NCBI GenBank assembly: GCA_030744625.1
Contig: JASLQF010000044.1
Span: forward strand, 66,506 to 130,505
Length of the DNA stretch: 64,000 bases
Direction of reading: 5' to 3'
Source of the DNA: Rhodospirillales bacterium
Lineage (GTDB): Bacteria > Pseudomonadota > Alphaproteobacteria > Rhodospirillales > JASLQF01
The position numbers were made by a program, and so were the translations under genes. Below are positions 1 to 10,170 of the stretch, in pieces. Below the pieces are notes generated by a model. That model was not told where the DNA came from. It was given only the letters and a program-made list of their open reading frames with translations, and ran no database searches. Numbering within the stretch: position 1 is the first letter of the stretch; every line of letters starts with the position of its first letter.

Positions 1-504
1 CACCCGGTCGGGGCGCATGAAGTCGTTGATGGCCGAGCCCTCGCGCAGGAACTCGGGGTTCGACACCACGTCGAATTCGGCGTCGGGGCGCGCCTCGCGG
101 ATGATCCTCTCCACTTCGTCGCCGGTACCGACGGGAACCGTCGACTTGGTGACGACCACCGTATAGCCGTTCATGGCGGCGGCGATCTCGGCGGCGGCGG
201 CGTAGACATAGGACAGATCGGCGTGGCCGTCACCGCAGCGGCTCGGCGTGCCGACGGCGATGAAAACCGCGTCGGCGCCGTCGACCGCCGCCGCCAGATC
301 GGTGGTGAACGAGAGGCGATCCGAATCCTCGTTGCTTTCGACGATATCCTCGAGCCCGGGCTCGAAGATCGGCAACTGGCCCTCGTTGAGGCGAGCGATC
401 TTGTCGGCGTCCTTGTCGACGCACACCACGTCCACCCCGAATTCCGAAAAGCAGGCGCCGGAAACCAGGCCGACGTAGCCGGTTCCGATCATCGCGATAC
501 GCAT
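1..504 (-). CDS. ugd: UDP-glucose 6-dehydrogenase, first 168 codons (gene runs off the left edge)
   Basis: My own reverse-strand translation from the ATG at 504 gives MRIAMIGTGYVGLVSGACFSEFG...VVTKSTVPVGTG...SNPEFLREGSAI. It has the Rossmann GxGxxG and typical UDPGDH motifs. It is absent from the ORF track because there is no stop inside the window. Confidence 0.85.
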   Translation of the reverse strand, partial: MRIAMIGTGYVGLVSGACFSEFGVDVVCVDKDADKIARLNEGQLPIFEPGLEDIVESNEDSDRLSFTTDLAAAVDGADAVFIAVGTPSRCGDGHADLSYVYAAAAEIAAAMNGYTVVVTKSTVPVGTGDEVERIIREARPDAEFDVVSNPEFLREGSAINDFMRPDRV

Positions 505-567
505 GTAGTCATCCTTTCTTAGTGTCCTCGGGTTCCCTCCGGCGCGGCGGCCAAGGGCGCCCGGGGA

Positions 568-1437
568 TCAACCGTATCCCTTCAAGAAATCACGCACCCC
601 CGGCGCCAAATCCTGGCGCTCCAGGGCGAATGCCAGATTGGCCTCGATGAAACCGAGCTTACCACCGCAGTCGAAGCGCCGGCCGGCGAAGCGCAATCCG
701 TGGAACGGCACGTCGCCGATGGTCGCCGCCATGGCGTCGGTGAGTTGAATCTCGCCCCCTGCCCCGCGCTCCTGCTTGTCGAGGTGCTCGAAGACATCGG
801 GCTGCAGGATATAGCGCCCGATGATCGACAGCGTCGAGGGTGCCTGGGCCGGATCGGGCTTCTCCACCAATCCCCTGGCGCGGGCCAGCCGGCCGTCGTC
901 CTCGACCACGTCGAGGATACCGTAACGGTTGGTGTGCTCCCGGGGCACGTCCTCGGTGGCGACCAGATTGCCGCCGAGGGCGGCGTAGACCTCCATCATC
1001 TGCCTGAGGCAGCCGGGGCGCGCCAGGATGAGGTCGTCGGGCAGGACCACGGCGAACGGCCCGCCGGCGGCGTATTGGCGGGCGCACCACACCGCGTGAC
1101 CGAGCCCCAGCGGTTCCTCCTGGCGCACGAAAGATAATTTTTGCGGCGCCGGCAAGTCCTCGCTCACGGCCACGATCTCGGCCTTCTTGCCGCGCTCGGC
1201 AAGGGCGCGCTCGAGTGCCGGGGCGCCCTTGAAATAATCCTCGGTCAGCGACTTGGCAGGGCCGATGACCAAAACAATTTCCTCGATACCGGCTTCCAGC
1301 GCTTCGGCCACGGCGTAGTGGATGAGCGGCTTGTCGACGACGGGCAGCATTTCCTTGGGCAGGACCTTGGTGGCCGGCAGGAAACGCGTGCCCAGGCCGG
1401 CCACCGGAAACACCGCCGTGCGAACAGGCTCTGCCAT
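568..1437 (-). CDS. galU: UTP-glucose-1-phosphate uridylyltransferase
   Basis: 289-aa ORF. The N-terminus AVFPVAGLGTRFLPATKVLPKEMLPVVDKPLI is the classic GalU signature. It sits next to ugd. Confidence 0.9.
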   Translation of the reverse strand: MAEPVRTAVFPVAGLGTRFLPATKVLPKEMLPVVDKPLIHYAVAEALEAGIEEIVLVIGPAKSLTEDYFKGAPALERALAERGKKAEIVAVSEDLPAPQKLSFVRQEEPLGLGHAVWCARQYAAGGPFAVVLPDDLILARPGCLRQMMEVYAALGGNLVATEDVPREHTNRYGILDVVEDDGRLARARGLVEKPDPAQAPSTLSIIGRYILQPDVFEHLDKQERGAGGEIQLTDAMAATIGDVPFHGLRFAGRRFDCGGKLGFIEANLAFALERQDLAPGVRDFLKGYG

Positions 1438-1532
1438 GGAATTTCCTCAAGAGGGGCTCACCGAAAGCGCGCCGGCAACGGCGCTGGCGCCGCTTTGTGC
1501 CACAGGCGCGCCGGGGCCGCAAGCGCCAGCCA

Positions 1533-2270
1533 CTAGTCCCCCAGCAGCACGTCCTTGGCCTGGTTGATCTTGGCCGCCAGGTAGGAGGAACCGCCGTGGT
1601 CGGGGTGCAAATTGGCGATGAGCCGGCGGTAGGCCTCCTTGATCTCGTCGGCGCCGGCGCCGGGTTCGAGGCCGAGCACCTCCAGGGCCTCGTGCTCGGT
1701 CATGGCGCCCTTGCCCGAAGCGCCCGCGCGGCCGGTTCCGGCGTCCCCGGTGCTGTATTGTTCGCGCCAGTCCTGGTGGTTGCGGTCGAGATAGGCCTCG
1801 AGGACCTGGGCCGAGCGCTCGTCCTCCACCCAGCAGGTCCGCAACAGGTCGACCAGTTCGCCGAGGGAGAGTTCCTCCAGCACCCGCCCGGCGTATTCCC
1901 CCTCCAACACCTCGCCCTCCATGGCGCCGCTGCCGTGATCGAGGGTGACGCGCAGGAAGCGGGTCTCGACCTTGGAGCCCTGACCGGCGCCGCCGCCACC
2001 GCCCATGCCCGCCGACATGCGCGAGAAGTTCTTGGCGGTGCGCGCCAAGGCACGAAAACGCATGAACCAGGGCAGGAGCACCGGCAACATCATCAGGGCC
2101 CAGCCCAATCGCCCGGTGACGGCGAAAAAGACGACGACCACGATGACCATGGCCAGACCGGTCCATTTGAAGACACCGATGATCGAGCGCGGCTCGGCCG
2201 TCATGAACCAGCGCCCGGCCAGGACCGCCCCGGCCAGCAAGGCGACACCGAGAATGAAATAGGGCAGCAC
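1533..2270 (-). CDS. Membrane-anchored protein with C-terminal J domain (DjlA-like)
   Basis: 245 aa with hydrophobic N-terminal helices. The C-terminus EALEVLGLEPGAGADEIKEAYRRLIANLHPDHGG carries the HPD J-domain motif. Confidence 0.75.
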   Translation of the reverse strand: MLPYFILGVALLAGAVLAGRWFMTAEPRSIIGVFKWTGLAMVIVVVVFFAVTGRLGWALMMLPVLLPWFMRFRALARTAKNFSRMSAGMGGGGGAGQGSKVETRFLRVTLDHGSGAMEGEVLEGEYAGRVLEELSLGELVDLLRTCWVEDERSAQVLEAYLDRNHQDWREQYSTGDAGTGRAGASGKGAMTEHEALEVLGLEPGAGADEIKEAYRRLIANLHPDHGGSSYLAAKINQAKDVLLGD

Positions 2271-2274
2271 GGGC

Positions 2275-3060
2275 TCAGCCCCGCTTGACCTGGTGGACCA
2301 GCCTCAGGGCCTCGCCGCCGCGGCGCTTGGCCAGATCCTCGAGGGCCGGCCGGCCGCCGGCCGCGAAAACGGCGACGGCGCTCAACAGATCGCGCAAGGT
2401 TTGCGCGCTACTCGAATCGAGTCGGCAATGGGCGCCGTTGGTAAGCCGCGCCACCTGCTCGAAGGCGAAGGAGGCGATGGGATCGACCCCCTCCTGGAAC
2501 ATGAAGGCGGGCACGCCCAGCAAGCCGAGCTCCCCGGCCACGTGACCGACCTCGTCGACGTCTTCCTCGAGGCAGTCGCCGACGAAAACCAGCGCGTTGA
2601 CCTTCTGTTTCCCGGTCTCGTTGATGGCGTGGCGCAGGACCTTTCGCAGCTGGGTCTCGCCGGCCAGGCAAAACACCGAGGTCATGCGCTCGAGGAGTTC
2701 CGCCGATTGCGCCGTCCAGGGGCTCACCCTGAACTCGCCGAAGCCCCGGTAGAAGGCGAGTTGGATTTCCAGACCGCCGAGGCTGGTCGTGGCCTCGAAC
2801 ATCTCGCCCTGGGTCTGGGAAGCGCGGTCCCAGGTGGGCTGGCGGCTGGCCGTGGCGTCGAGCGCGAAGATCAGCCGGCCGCGCTGGCCGGCCCGTTTGT
2901 TCACCGGCGTCGCCGCAACCTTGCTCAGGAAGGTGGCGACATCGGCGTTTGACAATTTTCTGCTCGGAAGCTTGGAGTCGCTCTCCGCCATCTCGAAGTC
3001 CATGATTTCCCGGGATGTGAAAGAGTGCCTCGCCAGGCACGCTTCCACCCGCCTATCCAC
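2275..3060 (-). CDS. VWA-domain protein
   Basis: The translation contains RLIFALDATASRQPTWD (MIDAS-like DxTxS) and a VWA-like alpha/beta pattern. The ORF maximum starts at a GTG at 3060; an ATG at 3003 (MDFEMAESD) is an equally plausible start. The stop lies 4 nt before the J-protein start. Confidence 0.6.
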   Translation of the reverse strand: MDRRVEACLARHSFTSREIMDFEMAESDSKLPSRKLSNADVATFLSKVAATPVNKRAGQRGRLIFALDATASRQPTWDRASQTQGEMFEATTSLGGLEIQLAFYRGFGEFRVSPWTAQSAELLERMTSVFCLAGETQLRKVLRHAINETGKQKVNALVFVGDCLEEDVDEVGHVAGELGLLGVPAFMFQEGVDPIASFAFEQVARLTNGAHCRLDSSSAQTLRDLLSAVAVFAAGGRPALEDLAKRRGGEALRLVHQVKRG

Positions 3061-3091
3061 TAGCTTAGCGCGTGGCCGGCTGGTGCGCCAG

Positions 3092-3922
3092 TCAGGGGAG
3101 GCCGAGGGCCTCGATGAGGGAGCGCACCTCCTGGCGCGCCGCCAGGTGGGAAACGGTGAGTTCCTGCGCGCCGCCGGCTTCGCGAAGGTCCATCATGGTG
3201 AGCCCCTGGAGGAATAGCTCGCGGTACACCACGCGCTCGCCGAAACCGGCAATGCTCCGGAAACCCACGCGCTCCGCCAACTCTTCGAGGAGATGCATCA
3301 TTTCGCGCTTGTTGCGGGCATCCAGGCTGCTCAGCCGGTTGCGCATGACGATCCAGTCGATGGAACCGCCGTCGCGCTGGGCGCGCCTCATCTTCTGTTC
3401 CCAGATCATCTCGGAATAGTGGCTGGGGCCGAGGATCTTCATCCTGGTCCCGTCGACGCGGGCCAGGACGTCGAGATCGACAAGGCTGTCGTTGAGGGGT
3501 GTGACCAACACATCGGCCAGGGAATGCGCCGTGCGGTTCAATGGGTTGTCGGCGCCCGGCGTGTCGATGACGACCACGTCGTGGCCGTCGAGCAGCCGCT
3601 CGACGGCGCCCTCCAACCGGTCTTCATCGGCGATCGCGGATTGCCCGCTATGGGTAGGGGCGGCGGCGAAGGCCTCGTGCTCGGGCACGGGCAGCGTCAG
3701 GCCGTGGGTGGCGGCGTAGGCCCGCCGGTTCTCCATGTAGCGCGTCAGGCTCCGCTGGCGCAGGTCGAGATCGAGGCTGGCCACCGAGCGACCGCTGCGC
3801 AAGAGCCCGATAGCCAGGTGCATGGCGGTCGTCGACTTGCCGCTGCCGCCCTTTTCGTTGCCGATGGTGACGACGCGGGCCCGTCTCTCGGCCACCATGG
3901 AATGACTAATTTCAACGGTCAT
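3092..3922 (-). CDS. mipZ: ParA/MinD-superfamily ATPase, MipZ-type division-plane positioning protein
   Basis: 276 aa. The deviant Walker A is VVTIGNEKGGSGKSTTAMHL. The sequence is collinear with my memory of Caulobacter MipZ (DLDLRQRS...ENRR..., MRNRL...ARNKR..., HLAARQE). Confidence 0.8.
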   Translation of the reverse strand: MTVEISHSMVAERRARVVTIGNEKGGSGKSTTAMHLAIGLLRSGRSVASLDLDLRQRSLTRYMENRRAYAATHGLTLPVPEHEAFAAAPTHSGQSAIADEDRLEGAVERLLDGHDVVVIDTPGADNPLNRTAHSLADVLVTPLNDSLVDLDVLARVDGTRMKILGPSHYSEMIWEQKMRRAQRDGGSIDWIVMRNRLSSLDARNKREMMHLLEELAERVGFRSIAGFGERVVYRELFLQGLTMMDLREAGGAQELTVSHLAARQEVRSLIEALGLP

Positions 3923-3962
3923 CGGTATTGATCACTTGTGACGGCGTTGCCAGGGGTCAATA

Positions 3963-6038
3963 TCAAGGACCGTTGGCAGAGGCCGCTCGCAGCCACACCG
4001 CGGTATCGTGAAACACCGCGCCGCCACGGGGCGGGCCGGGATCGGCGCTGACCAGGGTGTTGATACCGTTCCCCTCCTCGAAGGCGGCATTGGGCCAGAT
4101 GCTCTCGACGACCACGACGCCTCGTTGCAGACCGTCGAAGGGACGCGCGTGCACCACCACCGAGCCCAGGCGGTTACCGATACGTACCCGGTCGCCGTCG
4201 GCGAAACCGAGGTCCGCGCAGTCCACGGGGTGGACGAGCACGGTGGGCCGGCCTTCTTTCTTGCACGACGTCGGGGTCTCGGTGAAGCTGGAATTCAGGT
4301 AGTTGCGCGCTGGCGCCGCGACCAGGCGGAAGGGATGCTCGGCGTCGGCTTCGTCGATGATCGCCACATGGTCGGGAAGGATGGGCATGGGCCCGGGATT
4401 GCCGCCGACACGGGCCCAGTCCGCCTTGAAGTGGAAACGCTTGTCAGCGGTCTCGAACCCAGTGAGAAAGTGCGCGTCGTCGAAGGGCAGCGCGCAGTCA
4501 TGCCAGTGCGCCTGGTGGACGGTTTCCGCGTCGGGCAGGCCCGACGCCTTCAGCGTGGCGTCGACGATCTCCCAGGCGGTCATCCCGAAGCCCGGGTGCT
4601 CCGCGCCCAGACGCTTGGCCAGGGCGCGGAGCACTTCATGGTTTGAGCGGCATTCGGCGAGCGGCTCGATGACCTTGCGCACCACCGAAATAAAGGTGTG
4701 GCCGCCGCCCATATAGATGTCTTCGTGCTCGAGGAAGGTGGTTGCCGGCAGCACGATGTCGGCCATGGCCGCGGTCTCGGTCATGAACTGCTCGTGCACG
4801 CAGATGAACAGGTCGTCGCGGGAAAATCCCTCACGCACCCTGAGGCTTTCGGGGGCCACCACCATGGGGTTGGTGTTCTGGATGAACAGCGCGGCGACCG
4901 GCGGGCCGTCGCCGATGTCGCGTTCCTCGCCGCACAGGATGGGTCCGATGCGCGACTGGTCCAGCATCCGGACATCCTTGTCGAGCACGTCGAGACCCTG
5001 AATCAAGGTGGCGTCGATGGGGAACATGAACATGTTGGAATAAAGGGCGCCGCCGCCCTCGTGCCGCCAGGCGCCGGTCACTGCCGGCAGGCATGTCACG
5101 GCGTGCAGGTTGGCGGCGCCGTTGCGCGACCGTGAAAATCCGTAGCCGACGCGGATGTAGCTGCTCTTGGTCCGGCCATAGAGGCGGGCGAATTCGACGA
5201 TTTCCTCCGCATCCAGGCCGGTGATCTCGGCCGCCCATTCGGGCGTGCGCTGCGCCACGTGGGCCTCCAACTCGTCGGGCACGTCGGTGTACTCGGCCAT
5301 GTAGTCACGGTCGGCGTAGCCTTCGGCGAACAAGATGTGCAGCACCGCGCAGACCAACGCCGAATCGGTTCCAGGGCGCGGGCACAGGTGCATGTCGGCG
5401 ACCTCGGCGGTGGGCGTACGGTAGGGATCGACCACCACCAGCTTGGCGCCGCGCTCCTTGCGGGCGCGGCTGATGTGGGTCATTAGGTTGATCTGGGTGG
5501 AAACCGGGTTGCCACCCCACACCACGATGAGGTCGGAGACATCGATTTCGCGGGGATCGACGCCGCGCTTGGTGCCGGTCCCGGCCAGCCACCCGGCGTC
5601 GGCCAGCGCCGTGCAGTAGGTGCTCCACTGCCGCGAATACTTCAGCGCGTGGCGGAAACGCTCGATCCCGTCGCGCTGCACGAGGCCCATGGTCCCGGCG
5701 TAGTAGAACGGCCACACGGCCTCCGCGCCGTAACGCTCGGTGGCGCCGGCGAGCGCCCCGGCGACCTCGTCCAGCGCCGCCTCCCAGGACAACGGCTCGA
5801 AGGCCTCGATGCCCACGCCCTTGGCGCCCGTGCGGCGCAGCGGCGTGGTCAGGCGGCCGGGATGGTGCACGCGCTCGGCGTAGCGCGCCACCTTGGCGCA
5901 GATGACCCCCGCCGTATAGGGATTGTCCTTGGCGCCGCGCACGCGGCCGATGGTGTGGGCGTCGAGGCGCTCGACCTCGAGCGCGCAGGAACTCGGGCAA
6001 TCATGCGGACAGTTGGAGTGGGCGATTTCCGGCGGCAT
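3963..6038 (-). CDS. Molybdopterin (bis-MGD) oxidoreductase family protein
   Basis: 691 aa. It has an N-terminal 4Fe-4S motif CPHDCPSSCAL and typical MopB-family length and segments. There is no Tat signal, so it is probably cytoplasmic. Confidence 0.85.
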   Translation of the reverse strand: MPPEIAHSNCPHDCPSSCALEVERLDAHTIGRVRGAKDNPYTAGVICAKVARYAERVHHPGRLTTPLRRTGAKGVGIEAFEPLSWEAALDEVAGALAGATERYGAEAVWPFYYAGTMGLVQRDGIERFRHALKYSRQWSTYCTALADAGWLAGTGTKRGVDPREIDVSDLIVVWGGNPVSTQINLMTHISRARKERGAKLVVVDPYRTPTAEVADMHLCPRPGTDSALVCAVLHILFAEGYADRDYMAEYTDVPDELEAHVAQRTPEWAAEITGLDAEEIVEFARLYGRTKSSYIRVGYGFSRSRNGAANLHAVTCLPAVTGAWRHEGGGALYSNMFMFPIDATLIQGLDVLDKDVRMLDQSRIGPILCGEERDIGDGPPVAALFIQNTNPMVVAPESLRVREGFSRDDLFICVHEQFMTETAAMADIVLPATTFLEHEDIYMGGGHTFISVVRKVIEPLAECRSNHEVLRALAKRLGAEHPGFGMTAWEIVDATLKASGLPDAETVHQAHWHDCALPFDDAHFLTGFETADKRFHFKADWARVGGNPGPMPILPDHVAIIDEADAEHPFRLVAAPARNYLNSSFTETPTSCKKEGRPTVLVHPVDCADLGFADGDRVRIGNRLGSVVVHARPFDGLQRGVVVVESIWPNAAFEEGNGINTLVSADPGPPRGGAVFHDTAVWLRAASANGP

Positions 6039-6270
6039 CTTCCAAGGATTCCCGAAATTTCGCGGGCGCCAATTCTAGCCGCCGCGCCGGAGCCCGGCAA
6101 CAGGCGCGCAACTGATCATGACCGGCTGTCGGCGGCGGGACGTAACATCGTCCGGCGCAGGGCTCGGAACGGTCTGAATTCGACCAACTAAACAATGACG
6201 CGGATGCCGTCGCGAGGGATTCTGGTGCCGCCTCGGGCGTGGTGGTGTCAGATAGTCTTGTGAGGACTTC

Positions 6271-6555
6271 ATGGAGGAATATTCGAATCTAATTGGTCTC
6301 GGCATCATAGGTGCGGTGGTCCTTATTGTCGGCGCCATCGTCAGCTTCCTTCTGCGCAAGAAAGGGGGCAAGGAAAAAAGCGGCAAGGCGGTCAATTACA
6401 AGTCCCAAGCGTCGATGGCCATGGATGACGGGGCCGCAAGCTTCAAGGACGGCAACCTTTATGACATGAAGGAAGAGGAGGAAAGCGTCTACAAGGACAG
6501 CGAAAAGCAGAAGAAAGACGACGGCAAGATGGAAAGCTGGAAACAATACGAGTAG
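6271..6555 (+). CDS. Hypothetical small single-pass membrane protein with K/E-rich tail
   Basis: 94 aa with one hydrophobic helix (LIGLGIIGAVVLIVGAIVSFLL) followed by a charged tail. I recognised no homology. It is locally more AT-rich than its neighbours. Confidence 0.45.
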   Translation: MEEYSNLIGLGIIGAVVLIVGAIVSFLLRKKGGKEKSGKAVNYKSQASMAMDDGAASFKDGNLYDMKEEEESVYKDSEKQKKDDGKMESWKQYE

Positions 6556-6649
6556 CGATCCGAATGGCCGGCGGTTGGCTCGGGGATTGACCGAGCGCGC
6601 TTTCGGCCACCGCCCCGCAACGCCGCTTACTGGCGGACAACGCCGCCGC

Positions 6650-7735
<1,086 letters not shown>

Positions 7736-7845
7736 ATCATTTCCGCTTCAAATCTTGGTGATGGGCTTGTCCCGGCGCCGCCGCTTGACCCCCGCCGCCG
7801 CCGCCCCCAAACTCCGCCGCGGTTGCGCGGAAGGGCGGGCGGCGT

Positions 7846-8946
7846 ATGGCGGAGAGTACGGACTGCGTGGTGATCGGGGCGGGGGTGATCGGGCTCGCCG
7901 TGGCCCGGGCGTTGGCGCTGGCCGGGCGCGAGGTCGTCGTGCTGGAAGCGGCCGGCGCCATCGGCACGGTCATGAGCGCGCGCAACAGCGAGGTCATCCA
8001 CGCCGGCATCTATTACGAAAAGGACAGCCTCAAGGCGCGCCTTTGCGTCAAGGGCCGCGACATGCTTTACGCCTACTGCGCCGAGCGTGGCATCGCGCAC
8101 CGGCGCTGCGGCAAGCTCCTGGTCGCCACCGAGGCGACGGAGGTTGCCGCCCTCGAGGCGCTGCGGGTCCGCGCCGCGGCCAACGGCGTCGACGACCTGG
8201 AGTGGCTGGACGCCGACGCGGCGCGCACCCTAGAGCCGGCCCTCAAGGCACGCGCGGCGCTGCATTCGCCCTCGACCGGCATCGTCGACAGCCACGCCTA
8301 CATGCTGAGCCTGCAAGGCGACGCCGAGTCGCGGGGCGCCGTCGTCGCCCTGAACAGCCCGCTCAAGAGCGGGCGGGCCGCAAATGGCCGCATGACCGTC
8401 GAGGTGGGCGGCGCCGAGCCGACGACCCTGGCGTGCCGCGCCCTGGTCAACAGCACCGGAATCCGCGCCCAGCAACTGGCCGCAGCGCTCGAAGGCGTGC
8501 CAGCGCCGACCATCCCGCCCCTCTATCTGATCAAGGGCAACTATTTCTCCCTCGGCGGCAAGGCACCGTTCCGGCATCTCGTCTATCCGGTGCCGGGAGC
8601 GGCGGGCCTTGGTATCCACCTGACCCTGGACATGGCCGGGCAAGCCCGCTTCGGCCCCGACGTGGAACCCGTCGCCGAGGCAAACCACGACGTGGACGCG
8701 GGCCGCGCGCCGTCCTTCTACGAGGCCGTCCGCCGCTATTGGCCGGGGCTCGCGGACGGCTCGCTGCACCCCGATTACGCGGGCGTCCGCCCGCGCACGC
8801 GCCCCCCCGGCGAGCCCGCCGACTTCATCATCCAAGGCCCCCGGGAGCACGGCGTCGAAGGCCTGGTCAACCTGTACGGGATCGAATCGCCGGGCCTGAC
8901 CTCGTCATTGGCTATCGCCGAGGAAGTGGCCGATTTGCTATCATGA
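7846..8946 (+). CDS. FAD-dependent oxidoreductase (L-2-hydroxyglutarate oxidase-like)
   Basis: 366 aa. It has the dinucleotide fold [15 protein letters not shown] and then [14 protein letters not shown]...SLKARLCV, as in LhgO-type enzymes. Confidence 0.8.
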   Translation: MAESTDCVVIGAGVIGLAVARALALAGREVVVLEAAGAIGTVMSARNSEVIHAGIYYEKDSLKARLCVKGRDMLYAYCAERGIAHRRCGKLLVATEATEVAALEALRVRAAANGVDDLEWLDADAARTLEPALKARAALHSPSTGIVDSHAYMLSLQGDAESRGAVVALNSPLKSGRAANGRMTVEVGGAEPTTLACRALVNSTGIRAQQLAAALEGVPAPTIPPLYLIKGNYFSLGGKAPFRHLVYPVPGAAGLGIHLTLDMAGQARFGPDVEPVAEANHDVDAGRAPSFYEAVRRYWPGLADGSLHPDYAGVRPRTRPPGEPADFIIQGPREHGVEGLVNLYGIESPGLTSSLAIAEEVADLLS

Positions 8947-9002
8947 GCGCCCCATGACCCCATGCGACGTTTCCAGTAACGCGTGGTTAACGAATTGAGC
9001 CC

Positions 9003-10109
9003 ATGATGACGCCCATGTTCCGCGCCATTTTGACAGCTCTTGGCGCCGCCCTGCTTTTCGCCCTGCTGCCGGCCGTGGCGGAAGCCCAGCAACCGTCGGG
9101 GCGGGCCCGCATCCAGGGCCGCGACGAGTCGCGGCCGGAGGCTCCCGTCCTCGGCCCAACCTTGTCGCTCACCGAGCCCAAGCAGGAGATGCGCGACTTC
9201 GTCAAGAACATCCGAAAATTCGCCCGACGCCACCGGCGCAACTTCTCGATCGTTGTGCGCAACGGCCTCGATCTGCTGACCAAGGGCGACGTGGTCGACG
9301 AATCGATTATAGCCCCGGCGCTCGCCTACATACGATCCATCGACGGCATCCTCATCGACGGACTGAATATAGGCATCCCCGAAATCGACAAGCCGACGAT
9401 GCCTAAGGAACGCCGGGAGAAGAATCTCAAGATGGCCGAACTGGCCAAGGCCAACGGGCTCGCCGTGCTGGTGATGGACTACGCGACGACGCCCAAGACC
9501 GTCGACGACATTTATCGCCTCAACGCGTCGCGGGGTTTTATTTCATATGTCGCGCCCGTCCGCGGCTACGAGCTCAACATGCTGCCGCCCTACCCCAAGC
9601 GGCCCTTCGACGAGAACCCGAAGAGCGTGCTGTCCTTCGCCGACATAAGAAACTTCGTGTATCTGGCGGATACCTCGACCTTCGGCCAGGAGGACGAGTT
9701 CGCCCTGAAAATCCACCAAACCAACTACGACGCGGTGGTCGTGGACGTCTTTCACGGGCGTAACCCCCTGTCCAGGCGGGCCATAGAAACCTTGAAGTAC
9801 AAGAAGGTGGGAGGCAAACGCCTGGTATTGGCCTTCATGAACATCAGCGCCGCCGAGTCATACCGCTACTACTGGCAATCGCACTGGCAGGAAGGCTCGC
9901 CCCTTTGGATCAGCGCGCCTTTCCGGAAAAATCCGGACAAATACCACGTCGAATACTGGCGCCCCGAATGGCAGCGCATCATCACCGGCAACACCGAATC
10001 CTATCTCTATGGCATCATCGCCCAGGGCTTCGACGGGGTCATTCTCGACGGCATCCAGGGCTATCGTTTCTTCGAAGGCGGCGGCGAAACCGCCGATTTG
10101 GAGGAATAA
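9003..10109 (+). CDS. Secreted putative glycoside hydrolase (TM1410/MJ1477, GH114-like family)
   Basis: 368 aa with a signal peptide ending AVAEAQQ. The pattern FMNISAAESYRYYWQSHW...VEYWRPEWQRII...GFDGVILDGIQGY matches my memory of the family. Confidence 0.6.
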   Translation: MMTPMFRAILTALGAALLFALLPAVAEAQQPSGRARIQGRDESRPEAPVLGPTLSLTEPKQEMRDFVKNIRKFARRHRRNFSIVVRNGLDLLTKGDVVDESIIAPALAYIRSIDGILIDGLNIGIPEIDKPTMPKERREKNLKMAELAKANGLAVLVMDYATTPKTVDDIYRLNASRGFISYVAPVRGYELNMLPPYPKRPFDENPKSVLSFADIRNFVYLADTSTFGQEDEFALKIHQTNYDAVVVDVFHGRNPLSRRAIETLKYKKVGGKRLVLAFMNISAAESYRYYWQSHWQEGSPLWISAPFRKNPDKYHVEYWRPEWQRIITGNTESYLYGIIAQGFDGVILDGIQGYRFFEGGGETADLEE

Positions 10110-10110
10110 G

Positions 10111-10130
10111 GGCCGGCCTCCGGCCATTTC
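10111..10130 (+). terminator. Weak hairpin after the hydrolase gene
   Basis: GGCCGG-cct-CCGGCC followed by ATTTCT, 2 nt after the stop codon. Confidence 0.35.
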
Positions 10131-10170
10131 TCCCGAAATCGGCTTTTAGGGGTGTCGCGGGGAAAGGCTC

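Noticed and set aside
6039-6270. A possible Moco riboswitch or other leader upstream of the molybdopterin oxidoreductase. The region contains the palindrome CGAAATTTCG.
   Set aside because: I could not recognise the conserved Moco-motif helices by eye. Covariance-model scanning (Rfam RF01055) would be needed. The short palindrome alone is not evidence.
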